From a virus (Duplodnaviria; Heunggongvirae; Uroviricota; Caudoviricetes), in the IMG/VR virus record IMGVR_UViG_3300042905_002309, positions 105,278 through 169,277 of that record: DNA of 64,000 nucleotides. The stretch is one strand, 5' to 3'. The notes beneath the pieces were generated by a model. The model saw only the letters and a list, made by a program, of their open reading frames with translations, had not been told where the DNA came from and searched no databases. Shown here piece after piece: positions 30,381 through 39,976 of this stretch (position 1 is the first letter of the stretch; every line of letters starts with the position of its first letter). A program made the translations under genes and the position numbers.

Positions 30381-30890
30381 TTAAACTTCGTTCCACCACT
30401 GATATGCCATCGTAGCATCAAATTCTCTTGGAGCACCAGCACCTTGAATGTCATAAGATACTTCACCCAACTTGACAATATAAATACCCTTGAGTTCGTA
30501 TGTACGAATTGCTGCAAGATTCTTATCAAGTAACTGTACGGTAGCAGTTTCCACTGGCACACCATACTTACCACTTGAGGTGTTGACATCAAACAACTCG
30601 GTCATCCAGGCACTTAATTTTGAACGAATATTATTCGCTTCATCTGAGTGGAATTTAACAGCCCATCCATCTGATCCTGTATACTTGACAGAACCTGGTA
30701 CGTTAAATTGTAAACCCATATAATTCACAGCCTGATTGGTGATTTCTTTTCCGGGTAAAGTAGCGGTCTTAATATAGACCATATCATCAGTTCCAAGTGG
30801 CCCTAATGTTACCACACGAAATTGAAAGTCTCTAGCGAATTCACGCTGTTGAGCGATGTCATAGAATTTTTGGATGCCAAGTTCTGCCAT
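30381..30890 (-). CDS. 19: Tail tube protein (T4 gp19-like)
   Basis: FARDFQFRV, VYIKTATLPG, YMGLQFNVPG, QLLDKN...RTYELKGIY...GEVSYD...EFDATMAYQWW; AGGAG before ATG 30890. Confidence 0.92.
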   Translation of the reverse strand: MAELGIQKFYDIAQQREFARDFQFRVVTLGPLGTDDMVYIKTATLPGKEITNQAVNYMGLQFNVPGSVKYTGSDGWAVKFHSDEANNIRSKLSAWMTELFDVNTSSGKYGVPVETATVQLLDKNLAAIRTYELKGIYIVKLGEVSYDIQGAGAPREFDATMAYQWWNEV

Positions 30891-30921
30891 AATTTTTCTC
30901 CTTATAAAGTGTTTCTTATAA

Positions 30922-31626
30922 TTATTTAGTATTTTGTCCGTCAATTCTATCGCTTTTTAAAATATTTTCTAATTGCCATAAAGGTTGAAGATTGGTATAA
31001 TGAAAGCATTTCTTTTGTTGTTCTGGATCACTTAAATCGAATGATGCACATGGTATAATGTGATCCATATTCCATTTATCTATACCAAAACCATAATTAT
31101 CCCAATTCATACCATTATTGAACTGTTGTTCTAAATGTAATTTTAATTGTTCCATAGTACAACCTAATAAGTCTAAAGTTTTCTTACACTTATTTTTACC
31201 CTTTAAAACATGATGTAATCGTCTACGAAGATTACAAATTAATTTAAAATTTATATCATTAACTCTACGTTGTTTTTGTTTTAAATAAATCTCAGATTTA
31301 TGATTTTCATAATATTTTTTAGTGAGTTTACTATGATGAGCTTTATTTTGCTGATACCATTCATCTCTATATTTTTCGTAATACTCACTGTGTTCTGTAT
31401 AATATTTCTTACGATTAATATCCATATGTTCTTTATTATCTTGATAATATTTCTGATTTTTAATCTTTAATCGTTCTTCGTGTTTTAATCTATAAGCTTC
31501 AATATTTGGTTTATTATTTTTATCGTGACATTCTTTACAGATAGTTCTATACTTATTCTGATCTTTTCTAAAATAAAATTCTGTAGTATCTTTTTCTAAT
31601 TTACATCGTTTACATATTTGTTTCAT
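30922..31626 (-). mobile_element. Free-standing HNH homing endonuclease between gp18 and gp19
   Basis: CKRC...CKEC N-terminus; LLGC...HLEQQFNNGMNWDNYG...WNMDHIIP...FHYTNLQPLWQLENILK. Confidence 0.87.
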
Positions 31627-31653
31627 AAAATTTATTTATACCTTTCAAGTTAC

Positions 31654-31684
31654 GAAAAAGACGAGCTTTTACACTCGTCTTTCT
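31654..31684 (-). terminator. Rho-independent terminator after tail sheath gene
   Basis: AAAGACGAG-loop-CTCGTCTTT inverted repeat with T run on minus strand. Confidence 0.8.
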
Positions 31685-31691
31685 CTTTTTA

Positions 31692-34151
31692 TTAACCAGC
31701 CAATTCCTTAAAGTTAGCATCAGTACGAGTTGCATAGAAAGTACAGATGATGAACTCAGCAGTTCTAACAGGCTTCAAGTAAATATCCACAGCCAATTCA
31801 TTGTTATCAATTGTTTGTGGGGTGTTATTCTTTTCAGAACAGATTAACAAGTAATCATAAACACCTTCATTATTCTTAGCCAAGTCGAATAAAGGCTTCA
31901 ATGTGTTGATAACTCTAGTACGTGTAAACACAGTATTAGGTTCAGCAACGAAATATCTCATTGTCTTCATTGTAGCACGTTCCAAAGTCAAGAACAATCT
32001 ACGTACATTGATTCTGTCAAAGGCAGAAGGCTTAGTTTGAAGAGTCTTTTGACCCCAAACTGTAATGCCATCACCAGTGAAGAACACTACAGGATTGATA
32101 CCAATCTTATAGATAGCGTCCTGTTGTTTTTGATTTGTACGAACAGCAATGTTTGTAACACTTCTTACGATACCGTTGTTCAAGCCCATAGGAGCAGCCC
32201 AAGGATACAATAAAGAATCTAACTTAGCCATAATTGCGGCTTGATATCCTGAGAATGGCATCCAGATATACTTCTTAGCAGAGGCATCATAAATCTGTAC
32301 CCAATTTGCATAAGCACAAGAATAACTAGAATTTGCACCATTATAAAGATTCTTCAATGGTGTCATAACATGTTGAGGGAAGTTACGACTCTTGCTATCC
32401 AATGTCTTACTATTCTGACCTTGTACGAAAATACCACGAACAGGATCGGAAATATGAAGACAATCTTTACGAGTATCTTGACAGAACGTATTGAATATGT
32501 TATATACCGTTCTATGAGCAGAGGCAAAAGGTCCAAGATTACCATCAGTTGAGTTGCCTAAATCACCCATGATATCAACAGTATTTCTAGCATCATCGAA
32601 TACCATATCACCCGGAGGAGTAGCATCATATGTGTATGTCCAAATTGTGCTTAAACCACCATCAAGTACAAGGTCGATATCCATATCAAGAACACTATCA
32701 ACAAGCAATAATGCTCTATCAAGTTTCTTAGGAATATCACCCGTATAAGTAGCAACACTATCGGTCTTCTTACATGGTTTGTAATTACCAAGAGGATTCA
32801 AAACCTTATCTGCATCAGTATTAATAACTTCCTTAACATTACCAATTTCAGCAATATTAGGGTTTACATACATATTAAGATATGTAGAATCAGTCTTAAC
32901 TTTATCAGCAATATAGAAACTCTGAGTTGTCTTTGTAACTGCATCTGTACGAAGATCAGTAGCCATTAAACCACCAGCAAAACGTTCAACTGGTGTGAAA
33001 TAAAGCTTGTTAGGATCATCAGCATATACTGATGTTCTCAAACGGAATACATAAACAATAAGAGAGTCATCGAATGTTGGATCACTAAAATCATAAGGGA
33101 AAGCAGTTTCAACAACTTGAGAAATGCTTCCGTTAGAATTAGAATCGCCAGTTAAGGTAAATCCAAGAACTGATGAAGCAAGAGGTGAAAGAACCGTGGT
33201 ATTACTCTTAAAGGTGTTTACACCAAGAATTGAGTTATAACCACTAAGAATGTTATCCTTCATGGTTGAGTTATCAGCTACAACAACATAGTAACCCTCT
33301 TGTTTCTCGTCAATTGTGGTCTTACCCTTATTAACGATAATCATACCAGCGTTACCAATATTACCAATACCTGTTACAGCCTGTCCAGCAGTAGCGTTCC
33401 AAGTAATATTATTAACTTGTAAATCTTCGTATTGTGATTCGGTTAAAGGAATAACTGTAGGAGCACCAATCTCAAGTGAGGTTGTTGTCTGGAACATTGT
33501 TTCATTACTATAAGTGTAATTATACGTAGCAAAAATCTTATTTGCAGAAATAGATACATTTGAAGTAAGTGTCCAAGCACCTGTACTACCAATAACTGAT
33601 GAGCTTAATGATGTAAATTCTGGAGCATAACTACCAACTGCACTACCAATATAAAATGAAGGTGTAGGTACACCATTTACAGATAATTTATTAATATCTG
33701 CAATAAATGTTGGCAAAAATCCAGCAAAAGCCACATTAGCAGATGTTGCAGAACTTGAAGTAAATACTAGTTCATCTGTTACTGTAGCGGTAAGAACTGG
33801 CGTTAAACCTGTCTTAGCCATAGAATAGCAAAGAGCAGTATACTCACCATCGAATCCAACACCAGTACCAGAACCATAAGGTAAACGGGTCGTATACAAT
33901 GTTGCAGGTGAATTCAAAATTTCTGCGGCTGCATTATAAAAATAACGTTCAGCAGGATTAGTAGGACCAGCATCAGGTCCACCGAAATAAATGTTGTCTA
34001 AATCTTCCTTAGAAGAGATTAACAATAATTCGTTTGTTGGGCCTTGACTTGCAAAACCGTGTAATAACACCTTAGTTCCAACTGGTGTATTAACTCTCAA
34101 ACTTAAATCAATTTCTTTAATTTCAACTCCCGGGCTGTCTATGGTTCTCAT
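31692..34151 (-). CDS. 18: Tail sheath protein (T4 gp18-like)
   Basis: SPGVEIKEIDLS start, RKDCLHISD, WAAPMGLNNG, INPVVFF.GDGITVWGQKTL...AFDRINVRRLF, IYLKPVRTAEFI; TATAAATA and AAGGAG upstream. Confidence 0.97.
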   Translation of the reverse strand: MRTIDSPGVEIKEIDLSLRVNTPVGTKVLLHGFASQGPTNELLLISSKEDLDNIYFGGPDAGPTNPAERYFYNAAAEILNSPATLYTTRLPYGSGTGVGFDGEYTALCYSMAKTGLTPVLTATVTDELVFTSSSATSANVAFAGFLPTFIADINKLSVNGVPTPSFYIGSAVGSYAPEFTSLSSSVIGSTGAWTLTSNVSISANKIFATYNYTYSNETMFQTTTSLEIGAPTVIPLTESQYEDLQVNNITWNATAGQAVTGIGNIGNAGMIIVNKGKTTIDEKQEGYYVVVADNSTMKDNILSGYNSILGVNTFKSNTTVLSPLASSVLGFTLTGDSNSNGSISQVVETAFPYDFSDPTFDDSLIVYVFRLRTSVYADDPNKLYFTPVERFAGGLMATDLRTDAVTKTTQSFYIADKVKTDSTYLNMYVNPNIAEIGNVKEVINTDADKVLNPLGNYKPCKKTDSVATYTGDIPKKLDRALLLVDSVLDMDIDLVLDGGLSTIWTYTYDATPPGDMVFDDARNTVDIMGDLGNSTDGNLGPFASAHRTVYNIFNTFCQDTRKDCLHISDPVRGIFVQGQNSKTLDSKSRNFPQHVMTPLKNLYNGANSSYSCAYANWVQIYDASAKKYIWMPFSGYQAAIMAKLDSLLYPWAAPMGLNNGIVRSVTNIAVRTNQKQQDAIYKIGINPVVFFTGDGITVWGQKTLQTKPSAFDRINVRRLFLTLERATMKTMRYFVAEPNTVFTRTRVINTLKPLFDLAKNNEGVYDYLLICSEKNNTPQTIDNNELAVDIYLKPVRTAEFIICTFYATRTDANFKELAG

Positions 34152-34211
34152 ATTTTGTTTTCTCCTTATTTATAAAATCAGTAAAGTTTTACTAAAACTC
34201 ATTCTTTTCAA

Positions 34212-34870
34212 TTATTTAGTTTTTTTAAAACCGAATCCTTTGTTTTTCTTCAAATTATCTTTCCACCATAAAGGTTGAAGATTTGTGTACCAAAAGGCAA
34301 TTTTAACTTGTTCGGGATCAGATAAGTCAAATACACGTAATGGTTGAATATGGTCAAAATGCCAACCAAACTTGCCATGATTTTCCCATGTCATACCATC
34401 TTTAAACTGGTTTTCTATATATTCTTTTAATTTTAATGGTGTGCAACCTAAATAATCTAAAGTTTTACGATCTTTAATATATTTATTACGTTTTAATACT
34501 TGTCTAATACGACTACGTTGACTACCAATACATTTCTGAATTGGATCAGTATTTCTTCGTAATTTATTTAATTCACGACGTTTTTCTCTATTTTTTCTCT
34601 AGACTTCCTCTTTAATTCATTAACATGATCAGGCATTTCTTCACGACGGGTTCTTGCATACTCAGATTTTTCTTGTATATGATTTAAATAATATTGTTTA
34701 TTATACACATTACGATGATTATTATCATTTAATCTAGCATTATTATCACACCAATATCTGATTAACGCTTTACTTACATTAAGTATATTACCAATTTCAC
34801 CATAAGATTTACCTTCTTCTCTTAGAGTTTTTGCTAATATCTTTTCTTCATTTGTATGTATTATTTTCAT
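34212..34870 (-). pseudogene. HNH homing endonuclease with N-terminal HTH, split by a frameshift
   Basis: ORF 34568-34870 (HTH: GKSYGEIGNILNVSKALIRYW) continues in the -1 frame from the A6 run at 34591-34596 through LDYLGC...QFKDGMTWENHG...WHFDHIQP...TNLQPL. Confidence 0.8.
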
Positions 34871-35529
34871 GTTGGTGGATCAACTAAACTCACCTGCACC
34901 TGACCATAAGCAAAATCAAACGAACAAGGGATATCTTCACTACTTTGATAATCGTAATCAAATCCACCTAATTGCGTAATAAATGCATGTTTATAATCAA
35001 ATTTAATTATATTCACATTATATTCATCTTTAGCATACAATGTCATAGTTGTTTGATATGCATCGTATGGTTTTTGCATTTTAATTTCTTTATAGCGTAT
35101 TGGATTATTTTTCGAGTCTTTTCTCATAGCATCAATAACTTTTTGTGGATCATTATCAAATTCTGCAAATCTAGGGTCCATACCACTTGTATCAGGATTA
35201 TTTAAAATGTATAACCACTTCCAGAGGTAAAAATAGTTATTATAACGGTTATCAATTGTAAATTTAACCTTTGTTGTAGGATATCTAGAACGTGTTTGAC
35301 TAGTAATATGCATAGTTTGTCCCATAAAACTCATGGGAATTTCACTAATAGTGTGTGTAGGTAGATTTATACTAGCTACAGAATATTGCATACTATCTTG
35401 ATTTAAAAAATCTTTACCACGTTCACAACGAGTTAATTCATTTAATAAAATTGGTGGTGTTGTAATAATTAAAATAAATTTATCAATTTTTGACTTATTG
35501 AGTACTGTTTGTGGTGTATTTTCTAACAT
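34867..35529 (-). CDS. 3: Tail tube terminator / tail completion protein (T4 gp3-like)
   Basis: LNKSKIDKF, YSVASINLP, KVKFTIDNRYNNYFYLWKW, FKYKHAF-like FDYKHAFITQLGGFDYD tube-fold motifs. Confidence 0.8.
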   Translation of the reverse strand: MLENTPQTVLNKSKIDKFILIITTPPILLNELTRCERGKDFLNQDSMQYSVASINLPTHTISEIPMSFMGQTMHITSQTRSRYPTTKVKFTIDNRYNNYFYLWKWLYILNNPDTSGMDPRFAEFDNDPQKVIDAMRKDSKNNPIRYKEIKMQKPYDAYQTTMTLYAKDEYNVNIIKFDYKHAFITQLGGFDYDYQSSEDIPCSFDFAYGQVQVSLVDPPT

Positions 35530-35547
35530 GATCCATTTCCTTTGAAG

Positions 35548-35561
35548 TATTTAGCTAAATA
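35548..35561. promoter_or_regulatory. Palindromic back-to-back late promoters
   Basis: Perfect 14-bp palindrome TATTTAGCTAAATA places TAAATA on each strand between divergent late genes. Confidence 0.7.
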
Positions 35562-35574
35562 ATTAGAAATAACA

Positions 35575-36153
35575 ATGAAAACATTCAAACAATTTATTTT
35601 AGAATCAGAAGCAGATGTAAATGAGCGTTGGTTAGAACTTCGTAGCGAAGAATTAGCGAATATTATTGGAGAATTTAGACACAGAAAACCAAATACAACA
35701 CAAGGTTGGACAGTTGTACCAGCAGCCAGATTGATTAAAATTTGGAATGATTATGCCAAAACAGGGGTAATTCGTGATACTAGAGGTTTAGATGTAATCG
35801 TAGATAGAATGATTAGAAATACAATAAGATTGAGTATAAATACAGAATTATTAGGACATACCCAAAACGAACCAAAATATCTATTTGATGAATATGATGA
35901 TGAACACCCCATGACACCAGAAGAAGATGAAGCTTTAGGTGATTTTATTGTAGATCAAAATGGTGCTTGGAGATTAAGTGATTATGGTTTACCAAAATTA
36001 GGGAAAATTTTATTTTCACTTATGTCAGCTACAGGTGATGTTGAGAAATTGTTATTGGTAGATCAGATGCTTAATGTTGTCCACGCTAGATCAGATTTAG
36101 CTGGTATGTTTGTAGAGGGTGGACAAAAAACCTTGAATAAATTAGCGAGTTAA
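35575..36153 (+). CDS. Hypothetical protein with capsid-targeting-like N-terminus
   Basis: Starts MKTFKQFILE; late promoter upstream. Confidence 0.8.
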   Translation: MKTFKQFILESEADVNERWLELRSEELANIIGEFRHRKPNTTQGWTVVPAARLIKIWNDYAKTGVIRDTRGLDVIVDRMIRNTIRLSINTELLGHTQNEPKYLFDEYDDEHPMTPEEDEALGDFIVDQNGAWRLSDYGLPKLGKILFSLMSATGDVEKLLLVDQMLNVVHARSDLAGMFVEGGQKTLNKLAS

Positions 36154-36154
36154 T

Positions 36155-36535
36155 ATGAAAACATTCAAACAATTTATGCTAGAGAGTCAGAATCTATCTG
36201 ATGAACTATTCCATATGAGAACTCGTTGGAAAGAAATGGGCGTAGATGTCTATATCCATGCAAGAACAGATGAATTAAATTTATCAACTATTAAGGTAGA
36301 TAAAGATAAACGTGGACAAGGACTTGGAACTACGGTTATGAAGGAAATATTGGATTTTGCACAAAAACATAACTTGAGAGTAACTTTAACACCTTCAAAA
36401 GATTTGGGTGCAACATCTGTAGGAAGATTAGTTAAATTTTATCGAAGTTTTGGGTTTGTACCTAATAAAGGAAGAAATAAAGATTATCGTATAAGTGATA
36501 CTATGATTTGGACACCAAAAGGGATAAATAATTAA
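36155..36535 (+). CDS. GNAT-family acetyltransferase with capsid-targeting-like N-terminus
   Basis: Starts MKTFKQFMLE; acetyl-CoA motif IKVDKDKRGQGLGT; LVKFYRSFGF. Confidence 0.85.
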   Translation: MKTFKQFMLESQNLSDELFHMRTRWKEMGVDVYIHARTDELNLSTIKVDKDKRGQGLGTTVMKEILDFAQKHNLRVTLTPSKDLGATSVGRLVKFYRSFGFVPNKGRNKDYRISDTMIWTPKGINN

Positions 36536-36536
36536 T

Positions 36537-37097
36537 ATGAAAACTGACATGAGACAAAACGAATTTTACAAGAATTATAAAGAAGTAATTGAAGAAGACT
36601 GGAAATCAACTTTAGGTAAAGGTCTTGCAATGGGCGCAATAGGAGCATCAACGGCTTTAGGTGGAATGTCTGCACCGCATACTAAAGAAGTAAATAGAAA
36701 AGAACTCAGCATCATTGATAATCAAATAAAACAAAAAATTGATAACCTTATACAGGCTATTGCACAACAAGAATCAGGGCATTTAAATAACCCTAATTAT
36801 GCCGTTGGTGATAATGGTAGAGCATTTGGAAAATATCAAATACATGTGGAAGTAATTAAAGATGTTAATAAAGTATTTAAAACTAATTATAAACATAAAG
36901 ATATGTTTGATCCATATAAAGCAGAAAAGGTTTTAAAATTATATCTAGAACATTATGGTAGAATATTCGTAAAAAAACACAAAAGACTTCCTACAAATAA
37001 AGAACTTGCAGCAATATGGAATGGTGGACCTAATGGATATAAGAAAAGTAAAGCAAGAATTTATGCAGATAAAGTATTGAAGTTTTTAAATGTATAA
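36537..37097 (+). CDS. Lysozyme-like muramidase / lytic transglycosylase
   Basis: AIAQQESG (catalytic Glu), VGDNGRAFGKYQIH, AAIWNGGP motifs. Confidence 0.8.
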   Translation: MKTDMRQNEFYKNYKEVIEEDWKSTLGKGLAMGAIGASTALGGMSAPHTKEVNRKELSIIDNQIKQKIDNLIQAIAQQESGHLNNPNYAVGDNGRAFGKYQIHVEVIKDVNKVFKTNYKHKDMFDPYKAEKVLKLYLEHYGRIFVKKHKRLPTNKELAAIWNGGPNGYKKSKARIYADKVLKFLNV

Positions 37098-37129
37098 TAG
37101 GTTACAAACTTTTTAAGGGATTAGACTAA

Positions 37130-37537
37130 ATGATGAAAAAGGAAATAGAATTAGAGATTGTAGCACAAACGCTCTATGCTGAGGCGCGTGGAGAAGGGGA
37201 GGAAGGTTTAAGAGCAGTTGGTACGGTTATTATGAATCGTTCTAAAACTCACAAACTACCCTTATCCAATGTGTGTCTACAACCTAAAGCTTTTTCTTGT
37301 TGGAATTCTGGTAGCACAGATATCCCAATTGATGAACCTGATGTCTATGAAATTTGTGTTCAAATAGCTGATGAAATGGTATCAGAATTATTTGAACCTT
37401 ATCCATTCAAACACATCAATCCAACTAATTATATTACTGTAAAATTATACAATTCTAGAAGCTGTCCGACTTGGGCTAAAGATCAAATAGGCGAAGTAGT
37501 TGGTAATCACATCTTCTTCGAATTGCAATACTGGTAA
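37130..37537 (+). CDS. SleB-like cell wall hydrolase (Hydrolase_2 type)
   Basis: AQTLYAEARGEGEEG..AVGTVIMNR, QPKAFSCWN, IGEVVGNHIF. Confidence 0.88.
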   Translation: MMKKEIELEIVAQTLYAEARGEGEEGLRAVGTVIMNRSKTHKLPLSNVCLQPKAFSCWNSGSTDIPIDEPDVYEICVQIADEMVSELFEPYPFKHINPTNYITVKLYNSRSCPTWAKDQIGEVVGNHIFFELQYW

Positions 37538-39268
37538 TTAACGTAATTGATTCTGGTCAAACATACTCCAGCCATCGCATAACATATCTTCCATTTCGAT
37601 ATTAGTTCCCATACCACTTTTAGTACCAATAAATACTGGTGTTAATTCATCATCTCCATAACTTCGTTTATATTGATCTAATGCAAAATTAGCATCTTCA
37701 TCATAATAACCTTTTGAAATTTTTAATGGTTTACCATTATCATCATATTGAACAACTTCAAATATACTCTCGGCAATTACATTAAATAATGCGAATAATG
37801 CCCACACTAAAGCCATTACCCTATCATCATAAATACCAGTACTACTTATTTTACTCCAAGTACCATTAGGACGCTTTGTAAAGGTTTCCAACTCTTGAAC
37901 AGTAGCTACATCATATAAACTTACGGCTTTAAGTGAATTCATCCAATAACGCATATTAGATACACCATCATACTTAACATTTGTAGAACTAACAATACCC
38001 CTTTTCTCATAATCAATAGATTTATCAGAACTATAAGAAACAATACGTTCATAATTATAAGGAGCATTTGATAAACCGTTTAATATCTCACCTCCCATAT
38101 TATTGCGTTCAATTAATAGATATGGCATACCCCACTGTTTAGCAATACTGAAAATTTCTCTAGTAAAAGTAGTCGTATCAACATATTTATTATTGTACAC
38201 GAAGACTTGTTTAATATTCGTAAGATCGGTAATATCTAAACCTTGAATACAAGATGCCGCACTACCAACACCATCAGCTACGTCAACACCCATTACATAA
38301 ATCTTCTTAGCATCAGGAGTTTCCCAAACTTTATATTCAGGTGAATTAATAATGTCAGGAGTTCGTGTATATGATCTAAGCTCCTTCAAAAAGGCTCCAT
38401 CAATAGCACTTTCACCAGTTTCCAAGAACTTACAATCATATTCTTGATCCCATTTTTGTAAATCACCATTTAAGTCAGAAAGTGCTTGTTTTTTGAAAAC
38501 AGCATCTCTACCAGGGAATTCATCCCACTTAATCTTCTCATGATGCCATTCATTTTCGTTACGTTCTGCTCCTGAATAAGCTTTATAAAAGAAGTTACCT
38601 GTTCCATTGGCAGTAGAAATCATAATTACCTTGGAATTCATAGAAGATGAAATAACAGGTAAAACAGATGTAAAGAATTGTTCTGCCATATGACCTTCAA
38701 CGTGGGCAGCTTCATCAATCAACAATACATTAATAGCAGAACCACGACCAGCAGATGATGCAGTTGTACTTACAAAGATACGACTATCATTACTAAACAC
38801 CATATTAGTCTTAGCATAGTCTTTAACTCCGGGTTTTAACCAGTTAGGCAAATATTCATAAGCTGTTCTTACACGACCTAAGATTTCGATAGCTGTCTTT
38901 TCCTTGTTAGCGACAATTAAAACACTCTTATCCTTCTGGAAACAAGTGTACCAGAGTGCGAAAATAGTAATAATGGTAGATTTACCAATCTGACGAGAAG
39001 CTAATAATACAACACGATTATGTTTTGCGAAGCTTTTAAGTACTCTTTTTTGGGATTTGTACAATTTAATAACTTCTTTACCACGATCCAAGTTTACGAT
39101 TGTGAAGAAGTTTTCGGCAAAGTAGACAATATCTTTTCTAGCTTTGTCTAACATTTTTGTACGTTCAGGTGTCCATTCACACTCATAATTACCTGTAGGA
39201 AGGTTCTGATTATTTAAATAAAATTGATTTGATTCTGTTTTTTCCATTGATTTAACTCTCGTTTTCAT
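37538..39268 (-). CDS. 17: Terminase large subunit (T4 gp17-like)
   Basis: DIVYFAENF, LASRQIGKS Walker A, LLIDEAAH Walker B, ISTANG, QEYDC, MGVDVADG, IERNNMG, DDRVMAL. Confidence 0.97.
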   Translation of the reverse strand: MKTRVKSMEKTESNQFYLNNQNLPTGNYECEWTPERTKMLDKARKDIVYFAENFFTIVNLDRGKEVIKLYKSQKRVLKSFAKHNRVVLLASRQIGKSTIITIFALWYTCFQKDKSVLIVANKEKTAIEILGRVRTAYEYLPNWLKPGVKDYAKTNMVFSNDSRIFVSTTASSAGRGSAINVLLIDEAAHVEGHMAEQFFTSVLPVISSSMNSKVIMISTANGTGNFFYKAYSGAERNENEWHHEKIKWDEFPGRDAVFKKQALSDLNGDLQKWDQEYDCKFLETGESAIDGAFLKELRSYTRTPDIINSPEYKVWETPDAKKIYVMGVDVADGVGSAASCIQGLDITDLTNIKQVFVYNNKYVDTTTFTREIFSIAKQWGMPYLLIERNNMGGEILNGLSNAPYNYERIVSYSSDKSIDYEKRGIVSSTNVKYDGVSNMRYWMNSLKAVSLYDVATVQELETFTKRPNGTWSKISSTGIYDDRVMALVWALFALFNVIAESIFEVVQYDDNGKPLKISKGYYDEDANFALDQYKRSYGDDELTPVFIGTKSGMGTNIEMEDMLCDGWSMFDQNQLR

Positions 39269-39308
39269 AAATATTTAGGTAAAGTAAATACAGTTTGCAA
39301 CTTTTTTT

Positions 39309-39926
39309 ATGAAAACGCTTGAAAATAAAGAAAAATTAAGAATTTGTCGTCAAAATTGGCGATTAAAAAATAAAGAACATATCAAAAAATATAATAAAAA
39401 ATATCAAAAAGAACATCCAGAATATTTTAAGAAATATCAAGATGAGCATTCTGAATATTATAACGAACAAACAAAAGAGTGGAAATTACATAATAAAGAA
39501 CATATTAAATTATATAATAAAAAGTGGCAGATAGATAATCCTGATTATCAAAAGAATTATAAAAAGGAACTTCGTAAAAATAATCCAAATTTTAAATTGT
39601 ATAGTAATATGAGAAGTGTGTTATGGCAATTTTTAAAATCTGAAAAAACACTATCCACAAACGAATATCTTTGTTGTACACAAGAACAACTTTGGACTTA
39701 TTTAGAAACACAATTCAGAGATGGTATGACTAGAGAAAATTATGGTTCAATATGGCATGTAGATCATATAATACCACTACAATTCTTTATAGATAATGAC
39801 CTTATGGATGAAACCAGTAAGAAGATTGCTTGTCATTATGGTAATTTACAACCGTTATTTGCACAAGAGAACTTTTCAAAAGGCAATAAAATACCAGAAA
39901 AGAAGAATTTTAATATTTTTTATTGA
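39309..39926 (+). mobile_element. Free-standing HNH homing endonuclease divergent from terminase
   Basis: YLCC...YLETQFRDGMTRENYGSIWHVDHIIP...CHYGNLQPLFAQENFSK. Confidence 0.85.
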
Positions 39927-39976
39927 AATGATTATAGAAAATACTAAATATTTGAAGAAATAGGAGAAAACAATTT

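Noticed and set aside
6736-39268. Introns or inteins in gp43, UvsX, gp41, gp18, gp17
   Set aside because: All are continuous ORFs of ordinary length with no C/S...HN intein signature or LAGLIDADG insert; the HNH genes are intergenic
37538-39926. Small terminase gp16 next to gp17
   Set aside because: The neighbouring ORFs are an HNH endonuclease and a hydrolase; no gp16-like ORF is recognisable in the window
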